Translations under genes and position numbers: made by a program | Assembly: GCA_030141605.1 (NCBI GenBank) | Contig: JAQGDQ010000040.1 | Location: forward strand, 496,001-560,000 | DNA: 64,000 nt | Source: Tubiluchus corallicola | Taxonomy: Eukaryota > Animalia > Priapulida | Direction of reading: 5' to 3' | Shown: positions 1 through 11,200 of the stretch, piece by piece | How the letters are laid out: each line of letters begins with the position of its first letter | Position numbering within the stretch: the stretch's first letter is position 1 | Notes under the pieces: generated by a model | What the model saw: only the letters and a program-made list of their open reading frames with translations | Told to the model about the DNA's origin: nothing | The model's database searches: none

Positions 1-1107
1 TTTACTGTACTACCCACTGCCAAGCATGTTGATGTTTTCAAAGATGGTTATGTATTTCGCTTGCAAGTAGCATATCACAGAGAAAAGATTCTTTTGCAGC
101 AAGACCGGTCGCCAGATGGAATGCTAAGATTGCGTCAGACGGGGGAGTCTCTTAAAGTTGCTCAGGAAACAGAATATTTGCCCACACTTACTACAGCATT
201 GCATGGATTACAACAACAGCATAACACCTACAGTGCCTCATGTCGCTTGTTGAAACGGTGGATGTCTGCACATTTGTTAAGTCATCATGTTACGCACGAA
301 GCCTTGGATTTAATAACAGCTTACGTGTATCTACATCCAGAGCCTTTTACCGTACCGAATTCAGCAGTGACTGGTTTCTTAAGAGCGCTATCACTTTTGT
401 CAGAATATGAGTGGCAGTCCCATGCAATGGTAATCAACTTTAACGATGAATTATCCGTAAGTGATTACGAAGCCATACAGAAGAAGTTTACAGTGCATCG
501 ACAAAAATTGCCCCCTATGTTTATTGTAACACCATACGACATGCAGTCCATATGGACAAAATGGAAGCCATCTCAACGGATTCTTTCATGGCTTGTGACA
601 TTAGCTCGAGCAGCAGTTCCATTACTAAGTCAGCAACTCCTTAATGCAAGTAGCAATGAAGCATTTAAGCAAGTGTTCCGTGCACCATTAGACGTATACG
701 ACGTCATTATATACATTCATCACAGATTTGTACCAAGGCATTACCAAGCTGTGGATATAGAAAATGACACATATATTCCAGCATTAAAACCTTACGTGAA
801 GCACAAGCATGAGAAAATGCCAGTCACTGGATTCGACCCTGTAGAATGCTACATCAAGGAATTAGAAAGCGCATACAGTGATTATGCTCTGTTTTTCATG
901 AACGAAAACGGTGGAGATTTTGTAGCAGCCTTATGGAAGCCTAATGCTTTTCATACTGGCACAAATGAGAAAATTCCAAAATCTAGTGCAACACATGGAA
1001 AAAATGTACCAGTGTCTATAGAAGATGTACTGAACGGTTTCCAGTTATTGGGCACTGGGATTGTGAAGAAGTTAGAATGTCGAACACATCACTGGCACAT
1101 TAAGTAG
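1..1107 (+). CDS. NOL6: Nucleolar protein 6 (Nrap/Utp22), C-terminal part; 5'-partial, frame open from base 1
   Basis: Frame open from base 1 (FTVLPTAKHVDVFKDGYVFRLQVAY...). Nrap-family motifs LLKRWMSAHL, GFLRALSLLSEYEW, LPPMFIVTPYD, MPVTGFDPV and YALFF..NGG..VAALWKP. Stop at 1105-1107, AATAAA at 1143-1148. Confidence 0.9.
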   Translation, partial: FTVLPTAKHVDVFKDGYVFRLQVAYHREKILLQQDRSPDGMLRLRQTGESLKVAQETEYLPTLTTALHGLQQQHNTYSASCRLLKRWMSAHLLSHHVTHEALDLITAYVYLHPEPFTVPNSAVTGFLRALSLLSEYEWQSHAMVINFNDELSVSDYEAIQKKFTVHRQKLPPMFIVTPYDMQSIWTKWKPSQRILSWLVTLARAAVPLLSQQLLNASSNEAFKQVFRAPLDVYDVIIYIHHRFVPRHYQAVDIENDTYIPALKPYVKHKHEKMPVTGFDPVECYIKELESAYSDYALFFMNENGGDFVAALWKPNAFHTGTNEKIPKSSATHGKNVPVSIEDVLNGFQLLGTGIVKKLECRTHHWHIK

Positions 1108-2267
1108 TAATAAGGCAATGCTGTAATGAAGTTGCAAAGATAAATAAATGTTGATTTATTGCAATTTTTTGAAAGTGCCAAATTTTGGCTTGGTTGATTA
1201 TTGTCCATCTTGTAATATTCTGCGCATTAAAAAATAATGGACATTTTCAGAATTGTTCGTATAAATTTTGCTGATAACAGTCATAGGCAGTTAATAAGGT
1301 CGCATATTTTGGCAGAATTTTTTAGTATTTAGCATTTTAGCTACTTGTATATAAATTTATGTTAGCATTTTTCTTATCAGAAATTAGTAAAGTTTTGCTT
1401 GTATTTCTTGTGTTGGAAACTATCACCAAGTATAGAATTCACAGTAACTATCTAACATTTGATAAATTTTCCACAGAAGCAATTAATTAAAATTAAATTA
1501 GTCAGGAATCTTATAGTAGATAATTATATTATGTAAATTTTCATGTTGCTACTTATATACATAACAATAACACGGACAAAATTCTTTGAAAAGAACTGTT
1601 TGTTTAATGCCATGTTTTATTATTTAAAAATCAATGCGTTATAAATTACTTTAAATACTGAAATGTTGCACGTAAAGTCTTGGGCTGCATATACATAAAA
1701 TGAAGGTCAAAAAACATTTCTTCGTCACAGAAAAAGCTTAATATTTTTTGCAATTTAAAACAAATAAATAGATTAACTATGCATTTTAATTTTCTTGATA
1801 ATAATTGCATTTTGTTTAAATTACTCTGTTTATTTTGCAGAGCAGTGCAGCTTAAATCAGTATTTTGTGTGACAATGTAGCATTGTGATTAGATGTAGGC
1901 TTATAAATAATTTTTCATTGAGAACATTGACTAGCCTGAGAATTTTCACATACATTAACATATGCAATGCTTCATACAAGTTTATATGTCAAAATATGCC
2001 ATATATAATATTGAATAGCTTTGCGAGAAGAAAATTATTTAAGCACACATACATCATCAAGTTGTAAAAAACAAAAGAAATGGTGACCAAAAAAATAAAT
2101 TAGAGTAGATTATGCCCTGCTGATAAATCACAGAAATGATTGAACAGTTTACTTGCTTGCATAGCCGACTGTATCACAGTAAAAAATTAGCTTGAAATAA
2201 ATACAGTAGCCTAAACCTTTAACATTTGAGCATGCACATCTTGTATCATATAGACAACTTGTCAGGT

Positions 2268-5200
2268 TCATACCATACCATAGCCCTGACTACCACACTG
2301 AATGGCCACAGTTAACCTGTCCCTGAGCTGCTCCTTTGTTGGGTAATTTGGTAACTTCAGGTAATTAATGCTAAAACAAAACTAAATGCAATTATCGAAG
2401 AATGTGTACTGAATTTCACTTGTCAGTATTAAATATCTGATACTGAAATTTAATTAATCAATCGAAGTTCAAGTTTGAAGTAAAGCCTATCGTAATCACT
2501 GGAAATGAGTATTCTAACCGTCATGACACAAGAATCCAAAGGTCCATAGTTCAAATCCAGGCTTAGTCTTGACTTATTTGCATTTCCTTTCTTTCAGTTA
2601 CGTTCAATTTAGAATTTAAACAAGCATCGCCATTAAAACTCAAGTTTGATAAACAGACAACATAATTTATGCTCTATATTGATAACTGTTTCGAGCAGAA
2701 AATCTAGCTGATAGAAAATAGCGACGTTAACAATATAATAAGTTGTGTTAAATAGGTCTTAAGTAGACAAATGTTATCAGACAGACAAAATTTTAACTAA
2801 TTTGTCTTTCTCAATAGAATTTACTTCAGAGAAATAAAAAAATTGTCATTGAAATTCTTAATAAAATATATAGAACTACTAGAGTCTTTACCATGTACTT
2901 GCTGTTGGAAGAAGAAAGTCTGTATACTCTACAACTGATATGGAAAATTTCTGAGTGCCTCCAGCTCCAGTTAGCTGTGAGAATCCACCATGTGGAACAC
3001 GCGAACTGAAACAAAAAGCGACATTTCTTACGATGAAATGAAATTAATGGATTCATTCCTTGTTTAGGAAATATCTGTGAGAAAATATAAGGTACAATGC
3101 CTTTAACTATATTAGCTTTTAGCTATCAAAAAATGTAGATGCAGTTAAATGTATAAACCTCTGTAGTGAATTAGAAATCATAATCAAGGTCCATACACTT
3201 GCTAAGAGTTTATAATATGAAATTAGCAATAAAACAGCTAATACAAAAGTACATAAATTACGAACCCAAAAGAATAATACAGCCAAACCTCGTTGTGCCG
3301 CCCCCCGTTATACCGCCAAACTCGTTTGCTGCCTGTAAAATGACCAGGAACGAAATGACTGTATTAAACTGAATTTAAAAATAACCCATTATACTGCCTC
3401 TCGTTACCTGCCATCCGCCAGGCGAATTAATATATATGTTCAATGGGGAAATACCTCCAGCCCATGCTAGCAACCTTGATGCCAGCTGTGGTGCTGCTAT
3501 ATACTCAGCTAAGTCCCTTACACTGACCAGATGTCACGTGTCGAGTAAAATAATGCAGGTTATCATGTTTTGATTGCAAGCTGTACTGAACATCGCACAG
3601 TCACAAAAGTAAAGAATGACAGCTCTGATATTATTGCCAGTGCATCATACAATCATAATAGCAACTGACAGAAAACACATGGTTCCTTTTCACCACACGA
3701 AATGTGATATATGTGATATATTACATGTATATAGTTGAGTACAAGACCCATTTATTATGTAAACAAAATTTTTTTGATAATCATGATAGATTTTGAATGA
3801 GTCATTAATTCACAAATGATTAATCTAATAATTATGTTTTAATTTGTTAACCTTTTGATTGAAAATTGAGGACTAACATGTGTAAATTTGTCTGACTGTT
3901 GTGTGTTTCATCTACAGTAAAATTTAACACATTATTACAACACCAAACTCGCTATAACGTCAACTTTTTCCCATCCTAAAGTGGGTGGCATAAAGAGGTT
4001 TGACTGTAATTATTTTCACATACCTACCTTCCAGTAACAAACTGAACCAAAAGCGCTCGTTCAGATTGCCCGTACTCTTCAACCACCTCCCAGAACCACT
4101 GAAAAGTAAAGAAAGCTTAAAATGCCAATGCTGAATGATAAATATGAAAATTTATATCCATCAACTGTTCAAAACACATTTCAAGACAAATCAAAATATG
4201 TAAATGTCAAAATTTCCTTTAAATCGCTTCAGTGCTTTGTTTTACGTGAAAAAAGCTTTATATTACATTATAAAACTAGTATCCATATGTTATATTACAA
4301 TATACATTATAAATATGTTATAAAAATGGGTGAACTCAAGGCAGTAACATGAACATAATAATAATTTTTGCCTTTATAACAGGTGAATCTGTGCAGCAAC
4401 CTGCATACTCTGTGTTTTCCTCCCAGTCTGTTACATCAATCTCTGGTAAACCTGATAGCAGCAACTCCTGTAAAAATTAATAGTTCACAACTTGGAAATT
4501 TTTTTAATAACATAAATATTCAACTTTAAATCTTTATCAGGCACATTGCACATTATCTATCTTGCATAACATTGCAAAGTTAACATAAATAAATTTTCAT
4601 TGTGAATTTCACTACAGAGATTCACCATGGTAGAAAAATTTGGTATTGGAATGATAATGTGTCCAAAAATTGCTTTAAAACATGAGAAAAAGCTGAGCTT
4701 AAATGTGGTTTAAGAGAACTATCTCTGAAATTAGTCTATATGTTATTTTTACTTTATAATACGTAAAAGTAATAGGTGATGACAATGTATCATTTTTATA
4801 TCAACAGTTATTATTGCATATGTTTTTTGCTAGAATTTGTCATCAGATTTACTAAAGCGATTGGAAAGAAAGGACAGAAATTAATAACTGAATACAAATG
4901 CGCAGTTTGTATTTTATTGAAACATGAAGGGAACTTTCTGCTTACCAATTCATATTCGTCAAACATGCGTATCAATGACGGACAAATAAACTCGTGAAAT
5001 CCGCTCAAGAAGCTTTCAATCTGTAGCCAAATGGCTTTGGTCATTCTAAGTTCAGTCACTAGTTGTACATACTCCTCCTGTTAAAAATGTCACAATTATA
5101 GCTCCTCACAAGATTAGCTTATTAAATTAACTTGAGGAACTACTAAAGCAGCAAAGAATGATCAATTCTGAGATTAGTTACACAACACATATATTCATTT

Positions 5201-8200
5201 GTATATTAAACTTCACAAGCATTCATATATATGCCATATCGTGCTTTACATGTAGTTCATTTCTCTTACAACTTTCTCCTGGTATTACAATAACAGCACA
5301 CCTGGTAACAGCATACTGTAACATTCGGGTCACGAAATTCTTTGCTAGCCCACGGGGCCTCGAACTTGGGTCGGGCAACTTAAGTCAAGATAGATTGCTG
5401 AACGGGTTGGTGACTCCAAATGTTAGAGAGCAGCAATGTTTATTTGAATTCTAAGGCAGTTACAAGCGCAGGAGGGGTCGGTCCGTCCTAAAGTACAGAG
5501 AATGGGCCAATGGTGATACAGTGTGAACGGAAACAGTGAACCCAACAAAGTATAAATAAACAAACTGTTTGCTTTAGGTTTAACATTTTAATTGGCATAA
5601 TTAATTAATTAATTAAAACAATCAACAAAAAGAACTCACAACTTGCACTAGAACAGCGGGGTACCCCTCATTTAATAACAGTCTGCTAGCGTTTCACGTA
5701 GCGGGACGTCTCCCGTAAAGTTCCGGGTTTCACACACTTAGGTGACTGGAATCACTTTGCTAACAGTCTTGTCGACAACGGCGACCGCATCAATGTCCCA
5801 CTCGCTTGACTGGCTTAATGAGATTAGCGGACGATGACAGACCACCAGGATTCTTCTGACGACGTCTCCTCCTAATGAGTCAGGTACCAGGCTTTCAGAA
5901 TATATTAGAAGTCTACTTTTTCGTCTTGGTTGAAAACTCCACCATCATGGAAGCATGCCCATCACAGGAAAATGTCATTTGCCAAATACTAGACGTATGG
6001 CTCACGTTCTGTCTACTCAAGATAAATGAATGGTAGTGTGAACAATTCAATTCACGTAGCTATTGCAAGTCATGAAGTTGATTCTTAAAGTATCAGAAGT
6101 GACGTCTTGTCGGCCAACGCCCCGACAAAGACAAAAACAATTGGCCTTTTAGCTGAGTCGGCCATTAAACCACAATCTCCCTAACCTTGTCGTATAATCT
6201 GCACCTGTCCAGTCATACCTGTCGTGACCCAGTTAATCATCCAATCACAGCGGTACTCTAGGTCTGAGATCATGAAGCCAGAATTTAGTCAAAAAAGTTG
6301 AACTGTAACGTTTCTTTGTTGAACTCCCAATAGGTGGAGCCACCAGATTATAACGTTTACCAAATTCGGTTAATTAGTTATTAATGACAGGTTCAATACA
6401 ATACATTTAGATATAGCTAATAGTTTTTCAAATGCCACGTAAACGTATTATTACAGTTAAATGACTATTCGTTTTAATCTGCTAAACACGACCGTGACAG
6501 AGCTCCCCCCAAAGAATATATCCCATATACTTCTTTAATAACAGACATGATTATAACAAAGTCATTTAAATGCGCAAGTAGTAACACATAATAACACAAA
6601 AGCATATTTATGCCAAACCAATACAAAATTGACCGAGTCAGTAATTAATCATTCAATTAACATTCAGAACAACAAGGCTATAAAGGAACATATCAAACTT
6701 TAACTTTGGGTATAACTGAAATTGGGTTGACTTTTCCTTTAAACTAGACACATTACTCAAGTCTACTTAACACTAAACGGAAATGAAACATGGCAGTTAT
6801 GTCAAAACGACTGATGTATGATCATTGACGAACTGCATTAATATTAATAAAAATGCTATGTTTCGATAGACAACAATAGCTTCCCTGCTAAGGAATAAGC
6901 AGAGTCATTAAATAAATGATAAAAATTCTTATGGAAAAAAAGGTTTATCCAACCATTGGTGAAAATTAACCCACTGACAGAGAAATGATTTAAATTATTT
7001 TTTAAATCAGCAAAGAAAAGGCATAATGCAAATGCATGTTTATAGACGGCTTAATGCATCTGCCACCAAATTTTGTGAACCTGCCACATGATCAACTGTG
7101 AATGCAAATTCACTCAAAATTAGGGCCCAATGACAAAGACGACGGTTATTGCGCCGCATTTTGTCAAGTGCCAAAAGGCTTCTTTGGTCTGTGCGCAGGG
7201 TGAAATTCCGCCCCTCTAAATAATAACGTAACTTTTGAACGCAGTAAACCACACTCAGCAGTTCAACTTCAACAACAGAATATCTAGTTTCTGTGGTGGT
7301 TAACTTTCGGCTAACAAAAGTTATCGGCACTTCACCCAAACCATCCTCTCTATTCTGAGACAACACGCCACCTATACCAACAAAACTGGCATCAGAGGTG
7401 AGAATGAAGGGTTTGGAAAAGTCGGGTGAGTGTAGTACAGATTCAGAGGTCAGGGCATTTCGGAGCTGGAGGAAACTTTTCTCACAAGCATCTGACCATT
7501 GGACCTGAATAGAAGCGTGCTTTTCAGTCAAAGCAAATAGGGGAGCAGCAATAGTACTAAACTGTGCGATGAACCGACAGTAGAAACCTACCATTCCAAG
7601 GAATCGTCTCACTTGGGATTTAGTTTGAGGACGAGCACAGTTATGGATCTGTTCTAGCTTTTGGGGCTGTGGCCGTAAACGGTTCTTGCCAATTACGTAG
7701 CCTAAAAAGTTGGCCTCTTGCAGAGCAAAGTGACATTTGCGAATGCATGTCAATGTGTCTTCCACGTGTCTCAGATGGTCTGCCCAATTTGATGACTTAA
7801 TTAGTACATCGTCAATGTATCCACGTGAAGAGTTGGAGACAGTTTCTAAGATGCGATCCATCAATGACTGAGCTGAACTAGCAGCATTCATTAGCCCAAA
7901 CGGCATCACAAGGAACTCAAACTTTCCGAACGATGTTACAAATGCTGTCAATGGGATCGACTCTGGCGTAAGTTCTATCTGCCAGTATGCCTTGGCTAGA
8001 TCGATAGTCGAGATCCATACAGCATTGTGGAGGTCATCCACAATGTCATCAGGTCTGGGCATGACATACGGACAAAAGATGGTACGTGCATTCAACTGTC
8101 GATAATCGACGCAAGGTCTCCATTCATCATGAGGCTTTGGCACAAAAAGCATAGGGGACGCATATTCAGATTCTGAGCGTCTTATAACACCGACGTCCAA

Positions 8201-11200
8201 CATTTGTTGCAGCTCCTGTCGTACTACTTCATTGCGTGCCTGGGGGATTCGATATGGATGTTGACGGACTGGTGTTTTGTCAAACAAGTTGATGTGGTGT
8301 CTAACTACCATGGTCCTCCCTGGCAAGTCGGTAAACATTTCAGGAAATTTGTGGAAGACTGTGCGAAGTTGGGTATTAGCTTGACTGGAGAGGTTTGAAG
8401 GCAGCTCTAAATCATCTACAGATTGTGTAGCTTTAGCTGTTGGCAGAAAAGCATACTCAGGGAGCCCAGAAGATTGTACAACACCTTGGCCAATCGCCGG
8501 TTCAGTCTGCAATTCTTCTACTTCCTCTTCATTTCCAGCCCAGAACACTTCACCCTCAGTAATACTGACTTCATCGGTGTAGTCTCTTTCTAGATCAGGA
8601 ACTTCACTACTAGTACACATTGCCCACAATACCAAGTTTTCCTGACGGTCAATGTAGTGCTTGAGTTTATTCACATGATAAACTCGGACATCGCGCCGCT
8701 TGCCTTTTGATCCTACGCATACTTTGTAGTTCCAGTCTGACAGTTTATCCACTACTGGAAAGGGACCACGCCAACCTGGGCTCATCTTTTTGCCCTTACG
8801 CATATTGCGGATCAAAACACGGTCACCAATTTCAAAGCCTCGCTCCTTGGAAATCCTGTCATACCAGCGTTTTGGGGCTAGCTTAGCCTCCCTCAAAGAC
8901 TGGTGGGCATCCTCTGTAGCAGTTTCTATCGTATTGATAACTCGGGCTACATATTCATCGATGTCTTCTAAATTGGGGGGCTTGGAGCATCCCCAGCGTT
9001 CTTTGAGCATAGCCAAAGGAACACGTATAGGATATCCAAAGACAAGTTCATTGGGTGAGTAATTGGTCGATTCCTGGGGCACTTCCCTGTAAGCAAACAG
9101 GACGAAATCTACAGCTTGGTCCCAGGGTAAAGAAGGGTTATCCTGTTGTAGGCGAAGAATGGAAGCTTTCAAAGTGGTGTTATATCTCTCGACAAGACCA
9201 CAAGTGGAAGGAGAGTAGGGACTGGCAAAGATACCTTTTACTCCTAATTGGCGCTCTAACTCTTGAGTAAGCTCGGAGGTAAATTGTGTACCACAATCCG
9301 TAATTATCTGTCGAGGGATTCCATACCTGCAACAGAACTTAAGGAGAGCATCCAGTACAGTGATTGTTTCTATGTTAGGAAGTGGATAACAATCAGGGTA
9401 GCGGGTTGAGTGATCAACCAGTACCAATGCATATCGGTTTCCACTAGGAGTACGATCCAGGGGGCCAATGATATCCATTCCAATAGTACGGAACACAGTG
9501 TCGGCTATGGACAGTGGTTTTAGAGGTGCTCTGTCTGCCTGACGTACTCTAGCTGTACGCTGACAAGTATCACAAGAGCGACAATAGTTACGAACACTTC
9601 GTTTTAAGTGTGGCCAGATAAATATTTGAAGTATACGTTGCATAGTTTTGTTTATGCCAAGGTGCCCAGCAAGTCGACTGCCATGTGCTAAAGCAAGCAC
9701 TGTCTTACGTCTAGGTTTGGGCAGTACGAGAAGTTCACGGGGAGATTGTCCTTTCCTTTCCCGGCATAAATAAAACAAAATGCCATCACGCAACAAATAT
9801 CCGCTTCCTTTTTTATAGGCTGCTTCGGGAGTTCCTGCGTTATCAATGAGGTTACGAATGGACACATCTTCTTCTTGTTCTTGCCCCAACTCCTTTGCAC
9901 TAGCTTTGAGCAGTTGATCGTGCACTTTCGTGGATTGGTGCAGATCCGTTTGTCCACTCTCCACCCTATTCAACGCGTATTGATGCTGTTGCGAGTCGCG
10001 CCTAGCATCAGCCTCTTGCTTTGCAGCTTGTGAGCGGGTTACAACATAAGCTGACTCTGTCATTTGCACTCTTGCTTCGGCGATGGCCCGACGTGGCTTG
10101 GGAAGGGGCTTTAAAGCAGAAAGGTAGTTATTACCGAGTAGAAAATCTGTAGGTAACTTTGAGCTCACACTCACAGTAAGGATGCCGGAAAAACCAGGAC
10201 CCTCAATTTCAATCTCTGCAGGAAAGCAAGTGCTTTGATCGCCGCAAATACAAGTGAGTTGCTGAGGTGATTTATCTAAATATTGCTCAGGCCGCACAAA
10301 CCTCGAATTCACCATAGAAACAGAGGCGCCTGTATCGCGGACGCAATCGGCATGCAACCCATTAATGAGAGCCTTGAAGCAAACAGGTTCTGTCTGTCCT
10401 GGCACATGCCGCCATTGATTGTTAGCTAAGTCATCACTGTCAACCTCGCCGAATAATTGTTTTCTAGCGGAAGTAGATCCAGCAGCTTTGAGACTTGCCT
10501 CCGTATTCAGGTTGGCACGACATTCATTCCGTTTGTGCCCGGCCCTGCCACAACGGTAACACTGTATCCGTGTGCTCTTCATTGTATTGCCACCTCCACC
10601 ACTAACTCCATCTTTATTTTCTTTGGAGCGCGGACTGGGTTGGACAGATCTATTGTAACGACGCGAAACCGAAGTACTCCTTTCATGCGGTGTTACTAAG
10701 TTTGCAGCCACGTATCGATCTGCGCGTTCCGTAAGTTCTTCTAATTTCAGAAGAGTTTTCCTCCTTAGCCATGCCGCCAAGTCATTCGGCATCAAGGAAA
10801 GTACCTGTTCAATTGCGTCAATTTGACAAACTCCCTCATAGGTAGAAACACCGAGAGCTTTGTGATAATCTCGCAGGCTACTATCCAGCCTGCGACCGAG
10901 TTGAGTGTAGCTTTCATTTTTCAGTTTGCTAATACTTCGGAACCTTTCCAAGTACATATCAGGACTGAGAATGTAAGCACCAAGCAATGCCTTACGTAAT
11001 GCATCATAATTTCGCAAACTGTCTGCTGGCAATTGCTGAAACGCATCAGCAGCCCTGCCAGTCAATGCTGGCCCCAGGCAAGCTGCCCAAGATGTCTTAG
11101 GAATATCATTGGCAACCGCACAAGACTCGAACCAATCCAAGTACTTCTGAATATCATCCTTAGATTCTTCATATGTCCGGACTTTAAAATGCCTGATTTT

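Noticed and set aside
2490-2600. tRNA/SINE-like stretch with a B-box-like GTTCAAATCC
   Set aside because: No cloverleaf or clear A-box; at most a decayed SINE, not supportable as a tRNA.
5158-5454. 98-aa + strand ORF crossing the LTR boundary
   Set aside because: Chance read-through of intron and LTR antisense sequence with no recognisable motifs.
6511-7039. Possible env or extra ORF between pol and the 3' LTR
   Set aside because: AT-rich with no ORF of 60 aa or more; an ordinary 3' untranslated region.
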